Below, one piece after another: positions 11,026 to 22,382 of a stretch of 64,000 nt of DNA. This DNA comes from Phallusia mammillata (Eukaryota). The notes beneath the pieces are model-generated. The model searched no databases. It saw nothing but the letters and a program-made list of their open reading frames with translations, and had not been told where the DNA came from. Position 1 is the stretch's first letter. The number at the start of each line of letters is the position of its first letter. The position numbers and the translations under genes are program-made. The stretch lies in the NCBI GenBank assembly GCA_965637545.1, contig OZ281497.1, forward strand, positions 18,352,001 through 18,416,000, read 5' to 3'.

Positions 11026-13915
11026 TCACAGTTTTGTACTTGATCGAGAACTAGCGGTGCTGCTGAAGCTGTTAAGGCGAGACTTCTTGGATGATGACGA
11101 GCTGCATAAGCCGACAAAGAGGACGATCGTTTGGACAAGCAAAGCTGCGGATAAAATTGTCACCGCAGCGATCACCCAATCCGGTGTGTTTTCAGTGCAT
11201 TGCTGGGGCTGACATTCAACAGGCTTCTGAGTGGTAGTTGTCGTTATCGGGCTTGCTGTAGTGGTCGTTGCTTTTGTTGTAGTGGTAGATGCAATTGTAG
11301 TGGTTGTTGTGGGGTGTGGTGTCGTTGGCTGGTCTCCGGATCCTTCTATTCCACTGTTCAGTCGCGTGTAAAAGTAAGGAGCTTCCTAAAGAACCAAAAA
11401 AATCTAGGCATATTATTTTTCACATTTTGCAATTGGAAGGCTTTCAGACATGCAGGCAAGTAAAATAGACTTGACTCATTTCTAAGGTGTAAAGATAGTA
11501 AGTTATTTACATGAATCCTGATTTAGGCATATCTTGTACCTTTGTAGGGCATTTGAGATCATCAATGCTCCATACTGTCGATTTTTGTCCAATCGGTTCC
11601 AACTGTGCAAAAAAAGAGAATTATATCAATATCACTGGTTTTGTAGAAAATAGCTTGTTTACCATATTGTTCCATATGTTTAGAGCTCCCATTGCGTGGC
11701 CTTTAGCACTAAAGTGAAAGCAGTCAGGGGCGAAGTAAGTGGCATCAACTTGTCCGTCCTTCAAGTTAGGATTGTCATAAGTTACGAGTGATTTCTCGAT
11801 TTACTTCTAGTAATTTTTACCTCTGTAAATGGTAGCACTGTGTCCCGAAGAAAAGGCTGAACGACAACAGTAAAGTTATCTCGAGTATCGTATTTCCCAC
11901 TGTCGATAAGCTCCTGAACTAAGACCTGCAAAAACGTTACAAAATTTACAAAACTGAAGATTTTTCAAAAACAAACAAACAGCATACCTGGTACAGACGA
12001 TTTTGCTCAATGATATACTGCTGCTCTGCGGCATTAGCGTTCACAACGTATGAGCAAGCAATTCCTTGGGCAGCACTGCAGCCTGGCGACGCGCCAAAAC
12101 CGGACGAAACATTGGGGAGCAAATAGATTTCCAAAATGTCAACGATGTTGATAAATGCTCTTGGTAGCTACATCAAACGGAAAACGTTAGATGACAAAAT
12201 CGCAAATTAAATTTGACAAATGGTGCAAGGTAAGGATGTCTCACTACACGTGTGACTTGGTTGGTCTAAAAGGGTCGAAATTTAAGGCCCAAACTAGGCC
12301 CAAACCCGATCTTTTCCCAAACCCCGAGCTGTATTGTCTCTGTTTTTGTTTAGTTTGCATATTTTGAAACCATAACGTACCCCTTGATGAAGAATATCCA
12401 AAGCTTCTTCTATATAGTCCCGATAAGCGTGTGGACTTGCTCGGCCATAGTCACGATCAAGGGCGCACAGGTCATTTCCACCAATGAACATAGTTACCAG
12501 TTTCCAATCTAGCTCAAAATTGATTGACTGTCACATAAATTGAACAGATATTAAGTTTTGCTGCGACTAATGCTGAATATGTTTTGTACCTCATCTTCCT
12601 TCATTCGTTTAATAAGTTCGTTCGCTTGTCCAGGCATATGACTGCACAAAAAAGTCGTTATGTGTTAGCTTGATTTGTACTGGGAGCAACAGAAATGTGA
12701 TGGTAATTTCAGCATGCAAATAAACTAGTCACAAACTATGCTCGGTGTCCCGGAACGGCGACGTTAAACCAGTTGTCAGCGCTGATTCCGCTGCCTAGTG
12801 AGTATCCCATCAAGTTTGGGTTAAATTCCCGCAAAATGTCTAAAATGTTTTAAATATTCGTTTTTATTTGGTATTTCAAAACTATTGGTTTCCAAGTGTT
12901 TACTACGTATCTTAATGTTTTTGTTGTTTATGGCTTAATTCAGGGGTCGGCAACCTTTTTTTGACTGTGGACCGGTTTTGAAACTGAAATTTTATCGCGG
13001 ACTGCCTTCAACAAAAAACAAATAGTTAGCAATAAAAAAAATAGTTTATATTATCTGGGATACAAGGACTAAATGTTTTGAAACTTGAAAATGTATACGC
13101 CCCGGCAACGAACTCATCGCGGACCGGCGGTTGCCGACCACGGGCTTAATGGACATTTGCCCAGAATTTATTTAAGCAATAAGGCTGTAAGCAATTAACT
13201 TACTTGTCAGGGTTAAGGTGTCTTCTAAACTTCCATCTCCTCCAATAGACCACGATATACCACGATCCTCTATCGCAACCCCGGGAAGAGCCACTGCTGT
13301 TGCCCCATTCGCAGCCTACACAGCAAAACTGTTAATCCTGCTGCTGGAAGACTTGGCAGAAGAAACGTTTCGATAACCAAAATCTCAGATGAGTAAAAAC
13401 TATAAATTGAAAATTCGCTCACCGTAATTGAATCTCCCATTGCACCAATGACAGCAAAGTCTTGTGGTCGCAGTCGATGGACTGAAACAGATACATTGAA
13501 AACAAAAGAACGCTTTTCCAACAGTTTAGTTATAATACGGACAAAAATTTTTCGCTTACCTGTTGTAGGTTCTGGTGTACATTGCAAGTCGACTCCGAAA
13601 TCCAACGATCCCGTTGTTTTGGTGTCATGTCGCACTTGGCCGGCCTTCTGCTAATCAAATGTTCGTGAAAAAACTGAGAAAAATTCTAATAATATTTCTT
13701 TGCGCCTACCGATGTCAAGTAGTCGTTCTGTTGAATTATTGACCTTAGCGCCTCCAGCTTATTTAGCCATTCTCGCTTGCTCTCTGAAACAAAATAAGAA
13801 AACACACCCTATAGTGAAAACGCTTTTGTTAAAAATCCAAATACCATCTACCTGTGGAAGCTTGCACGCGTAGCAGAAAGGAAATCAAACAACACAAAAA
13901 TACGAGAAAACGCAT
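11026..13915 (-). CDS. PLB1: Phospholipase B1-like membrane GDSL/SGNH lipase, single catalytic domain (copy A, apparently intact, 13 exons)
   Basis: Signal peptide MRFLVFLCCLISFLLRVQAS (ATG 13915); VHRLRPQDFAVIGAMGDSIT (nucleophile Ser); FNVAVPG; DWKLVTMFIGGNDLC; [13 protein letters not shown] (Asp/His); Thr-rich stalk; TM WVIAAVTILSAALLVQTIVLFVGLC; TGA at 11028-11026. All exons joined in frame when checked by hand. Confidence 0.92.
12941..13143. mobile_element. hAT-type MITE in intron 5 of PLB1 copy A
   Basis: Ends CAGGGGTCGGCAAC and GTTGCCGACCACGG; TSD GCTTAATT/GCTTAATG (7/8). Confidence 0.8.
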
Positions 13916-14503
13916 AGTTTGCAGTGACTACCATAAAACCAGCACAAACGCAGCTTCACCTGACTGTGAGTATGAAGTGGGTCGCAGAAACTTTCAACCA
14001 CTTGTTTTCCATCTGCGGCATCCAAGTTTCGTGCAAATACATCGTAAAATTCCACAAACAACAATGGTTTCCAAAATAAGTTGAATACAAATACTCCGTA
14101 CTCGATACAACGAGCGCGTCGTATCGGCATGACATGCATTTTTAGAGCGTCATGTTTGCAGGTTGTAAAAGCATATTTGGAGTGCTTGACCTGCCCACAT
14201 GCAAGAACTTCTTAGGCATATTTACCCGCAAGCTACCCATTGTCACTAGTGATCACTAGTGATGTAAAGAGCCAGTATTTGCTAATTCCAACTTTCAAAA
14301 AACCCACAGTTTCGAATAGACAAACGTTAATTGGATGCGCTTTAAATTTTTTGCAGTCTGTTGTATTGCGTTTGTTTGTCGATGAACAATAAATTACGAT
14401 GCTTTTCACGTGTAAGACTTTTTTTCCAAAACGTGTAAAGTATAGTTTCACACTGCAGCTTGGTAATTTGTTTATTTCGATATTTCATCCGAATGGTCTA
14501 TAA

Positions 14504-14821
14504 CAGGGGTGGGCAACCTGCGGCCCGCGGGCCACATGCGGCCCTTGCTTAAAGGTTGTGCGGCCCGCAGAGACACTTGGACTTCAAATGTACTGGCAAA
14601 CGAGTGCAATTATTATATATTTTTGAGCAGATTAGTGCGCCTGCTGCTATTTTACTGCGACCTGACAATATGCAGCGAGAATCTAATGCAAATTTTACTT
14701 GTAGTAAGGGATTTTTGGTATGCAAGGAGTAAAATCACCTTGTGTCATATAAAGGTGCGGCCCGCGATCTAATTATTGCAATTGTATTTGGCCCCACAGT
14801 GACAAAGGTTGCCCACCCCTG
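14504..14821. mobile_element. hAT (Charlie-like) MITE upstream of PLB1 copy A
   Basis: Perfect TIR CAGGGGTGGGCAACCT/AGGTTGCCCACCCCTG and perfect TSD GTCTATAA (14496-14503, 14822-14829). Absent at the paralogous site near 21428 upstream of copy B. Confidence 0.9.
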
Positions 14822-15358
14822 GTCTATAATATAGATATAGACTCTATATATATATCATGGAAAGCAGAAAGACGAAGCGTTGTTGTTTAAAAAAAAGTGT
14901 ACTATTGACTTTAGTAGCGAATATAGTCAGGCACCAACTCCCTTCATTATAAACTAATCAAATAAATTGTATATTGCGTAAAACAGTTTTGAAAAAAAGC
15001 AAAGCCACAACAAAATGGACAAATCCCTAACCGCGAACTATAAAAGGCGCTCGGGACGATAAAATGAAAACTGAATTTACTTGAGAAGAGGTCACGATGT
15101 ACTGTTAAATGTAATGTTTAAAAAACACAATAGGAATAAAAGCAGAAGCTGTTTTCTGGCTATTTAACAAAACATTGCAAAAATAATTTTATTGCTGCAC
15201 GCATTTTGTTAACATTCATTATTTTGCATCGATAACAAACACTATAACGTAACATGCGGTGCAGAAATCGACGTAAAATACTAATTGGAAAGGTGCCACA
15301 GATTTAAGTGTACAAATGTGTTTTGAAATGTCGATTTTTCACAACAAGATTGCACGAA

Positions 15359-18300
15359 TCACAGTTTTGTACTTGATCGAGAACTAGAGGTGCTGCTAAA
15401 GCTGTCAAGGCGAGACTTCTTGGATGATGACGAGCTGCATAAGCCGACAAAGAGGACGATCGTTTGGACAAGCAAAGCTGCGGACAAAATTGTCACCACA
15501 GCGATCACCCAATCCGGCGTGTTTTCGGTGCATTGCTGGGGCTGACAATCCACAGGCTTCTGAGTGGTAGTTGTCGTTATGGGGCTTGCTGTAGTAGTGG
15601 TGGATGCAATTGTAGTGGTCGTTGCTTTTGTTGTTGGCTCTTGTGTCGTTGGTTGGTCTCCGGATCCTTCTATTTCACTGTTCAGTCGCGTGTAAAAGTA
15701 AGGAGATTCCTAAACAACATGATGCGTTGGCAAAAGATTTTACCAAAATCAAGGCATTTTATTTTTTACATTTTGCAATTGAAAGGTTTTCAAACATGCT
15801 GGCAAGTAAATTATATTTGTTTCCTGTCTAAGGCGTGACGATAGTAAATTAACATAAATCCAGATTTTGGCCAACTTATACCTTTGTTGGGCATTTGAGA
15901 TCATCAATGCTCCATACCGTCGATTTTTGTCCAATCGGTTCCAACTGTGCAAAACACACAAATTAGCACAAAATATAATTGTTTCATTAAAAATTGCTTG
16001 TTTACCATGTTGTTCCAAATGTTAAGAGCTCCCATTGCGTGGCCTTTAGCACTAAAGTGAAAGCAGTCAGGTGCAAAGTAGGTGGCATCAACTTGTCCGT
16101 TCTGCGTAAGTTAGCATTGTCATAAGTTGCGAGATTAAATCTTGATGTTCGTCTAATAATTTTTACCTCTGTAAATGGTAGCACTGTGTCCCGCAGAAAA
16201 GGCTGAATGACAACAGTAAAGTTATCTCGAGTGTCGTATTTTCCACTGTCAATAAGCTCCTGAACTAAGACCTGCGAAAAACGTAAGATAAAGAAAACAA
16301 AATAATAACATAAACCCTTACATAATAAACAGTTATACCTGGTATAGGCGATTTTGCTCTATGATAAACTGTTGTTGTTCTGCGTTGGTGTTTGCAACGT
16401 ATGGACACAAAAGCCTTTGGGCAGCACTGCAGCCAGGAGATGCGCCAAAACCAGAGGAAACATTGGGGAGCAAATAAATTTCCAAGATATCAACGATGTT
16501 GATGTATGCCCTTGGTAGCTGAATGTAAACTTGATGAAACCCAAACCAATTTATTAACAGTTTCGTAAAATGCGCCGCACTTTAATAACTCCTTTTAGAC
16601 ATATGTTTAAATCACGTTTTAATTTTAAATAAACTAAACATATACCCCGTGGTGAAGAATATCCAAAGCTTCTTCTATGTAATCCCGATATGCGTGTGGA
16701 CTTGCTCGGTCATAGTCACGATCAAGAGCGCACAGGTCGTTTCCACCGATGAACATGGTTACCAGTTTCCAATCTTGCTCAAAATTTATTGACTACCGTA
16801 TCAACAGTTTCCAATCTTGCTCAAAATTTATTGACTACCGTATCAAAAGAATATGATTAAATATCTCGCGTGGATCAAACGTAAAAATAATATGTACCTC
16901 GTCTGTCTTCATTCGTCGAATGAGTTCCAGTGCTTGTCCAGGCATGTGACTGTAACAAATAATAGATTCAGCATGGTTTTTGGAGCGCAACTAGTAAGTG
17001 TGAAAATGTTAGCGTAATCAAACATGAAAAATTGTCACTAACTATGCTCGGTGTCCCGGAACGGCAACGTTAAGCCAGTTTTCTGCTCCAAATTCGCTTC
17101 CAAGTGAGTATCCCATTATGTTTGGATTAAATTCCCGCAAAATGTCTGAAAATATAAAAGCTGTTTTAAAACTGTTGCGGAAGCATTTGTGGAGAACTTT
17201 TTTTCGAATTCTATTTTGATGGTCGTTTTAAGGTTTAAGTTTATTTAGGGAATTTACTATTTCTAACGATGGACCTACTTGTCAAAGTTAAAGTATCCTC
17301 CAAACTCCCGTCCCCTCAAATCGACCACGAAATACCACGATCTTCGATAGCAACCGCTGGAAAGGTCGCTGCTTTTGCCCCATTTCCAGCCTATACAGCG
17401 CAAACGAAAATCACTACCTGCCACCAGGCGGGTTGTGGTGCAGAAAAAAAAAACATTTTAGAGGCCAAACACCATTGAACCAAAATTTAAAGTCAATTTA
17501 AATCCACCGCAATTTACCGCTTTTTGAACAACTCAGCTTATTTTTTGGACATACGCTAGTTCGCGGTGATAACGAATTATTTTGGGGGAAATTCGTGCGT
17601 TAAACTAGAAACTGTTGTTAAAGGGTAAAAAAAAAACATTTTGACGCTCACCGTAATTGAATCACCCATTGCACCAATGACGTCAAAGTCTTGGGGTCGC
17701 AGTCGATGGACTGAAACAGATACATAAACAAATTAGATTATTTTCTTTTCGTTAAGCAAGACATTTGAAAAATCAAAGCTCACCTGTTATAGGTTCTGGC
17801 GAACACTGCAAGTCGACTCCGAAATCCAATGATCCCGTTGTTTTGGTGTCATGACGCACTTGGCCGGTTTTTTGCTAATTATATGTTAGTGAGAAAACTA
17901 CAAAAATTATATTAGTAAAGTTCTTTGCGCCTACCGATGTCAAGTGGTCGTTTTGTTGAATTATTGATCTCAGCGACTCCAGCTTATTCAGCCATTCTCG
18001 CTTGCTCTCTGGAACAAAGGAAGAAATCACACACTAGTGAAAACGTTTTCTGTTGAAAATCCAAAGTCTATTGAGACTACCATTACTGCACGTTTTCACT
18101 CGCGCCATGGGAAAACATCTATTGTTCAGGTGTATGCCCCTACAGAAGAGGCAGAAGTCAGAAAAGGATTTGTTTTATGACCAGCTCCAGGATACATTAA
18201 ATGGTATCCCTAAACATGATCTACAATTATTAATGGGCGACTTTAACGCACAGATTGATGGCAACAGAGCTGGTTGGAGTGACATCTTAGGACCATTCGG

Positions 18301-20808
18301 TGTAGCAAGCAAAACTAACAACAACGGGCACAGACTTCTTACCATCTGCAGTACAAACGAGTTATGTATAGGGAACACTTTTTTTAATCACAAACGAATA
18401 CACAAGCAAACCTGGAAATCCCCAAACGGCAAAACAACAAGTGAAATTGACTACATTTGCATATGCAGAAGATGGCGAAGCGCACTGCAGGATGTACGTA
18501 GCTGCAGAGGTGCAGACGTAGCCTCCGATCACTACCTCGTCAAAGGGTCACTGAAACTAAAACTGAAAAAAATTATCAAACACAGTGGAACAAAACCATA
18601 CGACCTTATAAAACTAAAAGATCAAAAAATAGTAAAAATGTTTCACAAAGATTTGAGCACAAGATTCCAGGCTGTACAAGTAAAAGATTATATTGAAGAG
18701 CAATGGAAACAATTTCGAGAAATAGTGACAACAGCTGCAGATCAAACCCTCGGCAGAAGGCGCGGGACGAGAAGAGAAAGCTAGATTCGACCACAAACTT
18801 GGGCCCTGGTTGATCAGAGAAGAAAGATTAAACATCAAAGAGAAAGCGCCAAATCTTCTGATGAATACTGGAAGATAGAAAAACAGTACGAACAAGCACA
18901 CAAAGTTGTTAAAAAGAGTTGTGAGACGACAAAAAGTTTTGGACTGAAACGCTATGTGCGGACGCACAGAAAGCAATGAACAGAAATGACACTAGAGCGC
19001 TATTTGGAATAATTAGGCATCTGACAAAGGCAGGAAAAAGCTCCGGTGTACCAATTAAGGACAAAACTCTTCTAACCGAGGAAGAACATGCGATGGTACG
19101 AGCACTTTAAGGAAATTCTGAACCAACCAGAACCTTACGAACTGCCTACTTTTGAAGATGAAGATGGACCAACGATGGAAGTAGATATGGGTGATATCAC
19201 AACAGAAGAAATTTCCAGTGCACTGAAAAAACTCAAAAACAACAAAGCTGCAGGTCTGGACCAAATTTCTGCTGAGATGCTAAAAAATGGAGGGAATGCA
19301 CTGCTTGCACAGTTGACAAAGCTATGCAACTGATGTTGGAAAATGCGGACTGTACCATCTGATTGGAAAAAAGGAGTAATTGTGAAACTTCCAAAAAAGG
19401 GAAATCTAGGCATTTGTGGTAATTGGCGTGGAATCACCCTGCTTTCTGTTCCAGGGAAAGTGTTCTGCTGCGTGCTTCTGCACAGATTAAAGACATCCTT
19501 AGATGAGAAGTTGAGAGAAGAACAGGCAGGCTTTCGATACAACAGGTCGTGCTGTGACCAGATCTTTGTTCTCAGAATCATTGTGGAGCAGTGCCTTGCA
19601 TTTCAGAAACCCCTGTTTGTCAACTTCATTGACTTCAGGAAGGCATTTGATAGTGTGCATCGCAACACTGTATGGCAGGTGTTACAAAAATACGGTGTTC
19701 CACTCAGGTTTATAGATACCTTCAAAAACATCTACGAAGGATCAAGCTGCTGCGTAAAAGTTCAGTCAGGAAACACAGAGTTCTTTAGAATCAACACAGG
19801 TGTGCACCAAGGCTGTGTCTTATCACCCCTACTATTCATTACCACTATTGACTATGTGATGAGAAAGGCAATGAATTATCCAAAGTTCGGCATCTCATGG
19901 ACAAACCACAAGCGTCTTACGGATCTCGACTTTGCAGATGACATCGCCTTGCTCGCAGAGTCGATGACAGATCTTCAAGAAATGACCAATTCATTGGCCA
20001 AAAATGCAGCAACAGCCGGTCTGACGATCAACAGCGACAAGACTAAGTTACTTCGAGTTGGAGGGGAAACTCAGTCCAGCGTACATTTAACCATCAATGG
20101 AATTGAGCCTATTAACAACATCACAAGCTTTACCTATCTTGGCAGTGTGTTCACAACAGATGCTGATGTGGAGGCCGACATAAATGCCCGCATCGGAAAA
20201 GCTGCTTCGGCCTTCAGAAGGCTCAAAACAGTTTGGTCAAGCTCGAAGGTTTCGAAACTGGTAACGATCAAACTGTACCAGTCAATTGTAATGCCCACCG
20301 TTCTATATGCCAGTGAAACCTGGAAAATGACAGTCAAGCTGAAAAAGGACATAAACGCTTTCCATCAACGTTGTCTTCGAAGGATCCTAAATATCACATA
20401 CAAGGACCACATTACAAATGATGAGGTGTACCAAATTAGTGGTACCAAGCCTTTATGTACCACCATGTCGACGCGGAGATTTAGACTTGCAGGGCATGTG
20501 TTACGCATGTCAGACGAACGGGCTCCAAAAATTGCTATGAGCTGGACACCGCAAGGGAAAAGAAAAAGAGGTAGGCCAAAGCTTACCTGGAGGGAGACTT
20601 TCCGCAAAGATCTAGAAATGAGAGGGTTAAACATAAAGGAGATAGAGGAAATTGCAAAAGACAGAAAAAAGTGGAACAATCTTGCTGCCCAATGCGCCCA
20701 AGAGCGTGGGAAACTATAATAATAATAACAATAATTGAGACTACCTGTGGAAGCTTGCACGCGTAGCACAAGGAAAATCAAACAACACAAAAATACGAGA
20801 AAACGCAT
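15359..20808 (-). pseudogene. PLB1: Phospholipase B1-like copy B, probable pseudogene
   Basis: Same exon structure as copy A, ATG at 20808. In-frame TGA at 17318-17316 in exon 5 (SWSI*GDGS versus SWSIGGDGS in copy A). 2.65-kb LINE in intron 1. 42-bp duplication of the exon 8 acceptor (16763-16846). Confidence 0.82.
18082..20733 (+). mobile_element. 5'-truncated, decayed RTE-clade-like LINE (APE endonuclease plus reverse transcriptase)
   Basis: Endonuclease motifs QVYAPT, LMGDFNA, SEIDYI and SDHYLV. RT ORF 19343-20719 with WRGITLLS, REEQAGFR, FIDFRKAFDS, QGCVLSPLLF and LDFADDIALL. (TAA)n-like tail at 20717-20733. 12-bp TSD ATTGAGACTACC at 18070-18081 and 20734-20745. Stops at 18782-18784 and 19331-19333 plus several frameshifts. 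Confidence 0.93.
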
Positions 20809-22382
20809 AGTTTGTAGTGACTACCATAAAACCAGCACAAACGCAGCTTCAAGTTGCTGTGAATATGAAGTGGGTCGTGGAATCACGCAATCACTTGTTT
20901 CCCATCTGCAGCATTGGAGTTTCGTGCAAATCTCTCGTAAAATTCCACGAACGGCAATCGTTACCAAAATAAGGTGAATGCAAATATTGCGTACTCGTTA
21001 CAACGAGCTCGTCGTAAAGGCATGACATGCATTTTCTGAGCTTAATGTTTGCAGCTAGTAAAAGCATATTTGGAGCGCTTGACCCGCCCACATCATGCTA
21101 GCACTTCTAAGGGATATTTGACCCCACGTCGGCACATTACCGCTAATGATGTTAAGTTTTTCGGTAAATTTGCTGATTTACCTTGAGAACTTTGTGACAA
21201 AGACAGTATTTGCTTACTCCAACTTTCGAGAAATCCCCAGTTTCCCAATCGACAAACTTTAATTTGCACTTTAATTTGATTTTTTACAGCCTGTTTTATT
21301 GCGTTTGTTAGTCGCTGAACAATAAATTACGATGTATTTCACGTGTAAAACTTTCTTTCCAAGAAGTACAAAGTATGGTTTCACACTGCAGCTTCGGTAA
21401 TATTTTAATTTGAATATTTATCCGAATCGTCTACATCATTGAAAGCAAAAAGACGAAACGTTGTTTCAACATAAGTGTACTATTGACTTCATTAGTATGT
21501 AGTCAGCCACAACTTTGTTCATTTCAATTAAATCAAAGAATTGTATTTTGCATAAAACAGTTTCGAGAAAAACAAAGCCACAAGCCCACAACAAACTGGG
21601 CAAATCCCTAACTGCCATTGAACGACCAAAACGTTGTGTAGGCAATAAAATAAAATTTGAAGTTACTTGAGCAAGTGGTGTTATATTAAAACATTCTTCA
21701 TTATTTTATTACGTACTACCATTTTTTTTAACTGTTCGTTGTTTATTCCGGCAATCTACTTGAAACGTAGCTTATACGCTTTTTATGGCCTGCAACAATA
21801 TTTTTAAACTTTTTGTGGTCACAGTCACAATAGGAAAACAGACATGCGAAAGAAGGATCATGTTGTAAATGCAATGTTTAAAAACCACAATACGAATAAA
21901 TGCAAAGGATGCTTCCTTTGGGAATAAAACAGTTTGTTATCACGTGGAAGGCCTGTACGAACTACTTGTGGTATACGAACCGTATAGTTTAGGATCACTG
22001 ACCTAGAGTGACCCACATGACAACGCATTTTGGGGTTCATCGTATCGGTTACGAGGGTACGACCTGCAAACTTTGGAACATATGCAAGCTTGTCAGTAAA
22101 CAGAAGCGACGGTGATTAACGAGTTTACGAGACAATTGCAGACAGATTTGCGAATACCACGTGACTTTTGGTATGCATTGAGGTCCTTTGATTAAAGTTT
22201 AGACGTAATTAGTCATGTGCACTTTAGTCAAGAATGTACTCAAAGGTGATTTAGTTAGCAAACAACTGCAACTTGCTATCAAAACAATAAGTTGCAAATA
22301 ACCTTCAGTTACTGAAAACTGCAAAGGATTTTCAGTGATGTATACGTCTATCGCTTGCACGAACGAAAACCTCAGTTAATAT

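Noticed and set aside
13885-14139. 84-aa minus ORF upstream of PLB1-A with a tetraspanin-looking motif (CIEYGVFVFNLFW), and the matching plus-strand ORFs at 13854 and 20735
   Set aside because: The paralogous, indel-free segment in copy B has two stops in the minus frame, and differences in both frames are mostly non-synonymous. The similarity is explained by the duplication and probably by promoter or UTR conservation.
18053-20719. LINE as an active autonomous element
   Set aside because: It is 5'-truncated within the endonuclease and has at least two stops and several frameshifts before the RT ORF.
19135-20808. Long minus-strand ORFs (148 aa, 147 aa) over the LINE
   Set aside because: They are antisense shadows of the RT ORF. 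The 20365-20808 ORF is PLB1-B exon 1 reading through its donor into the LINE.
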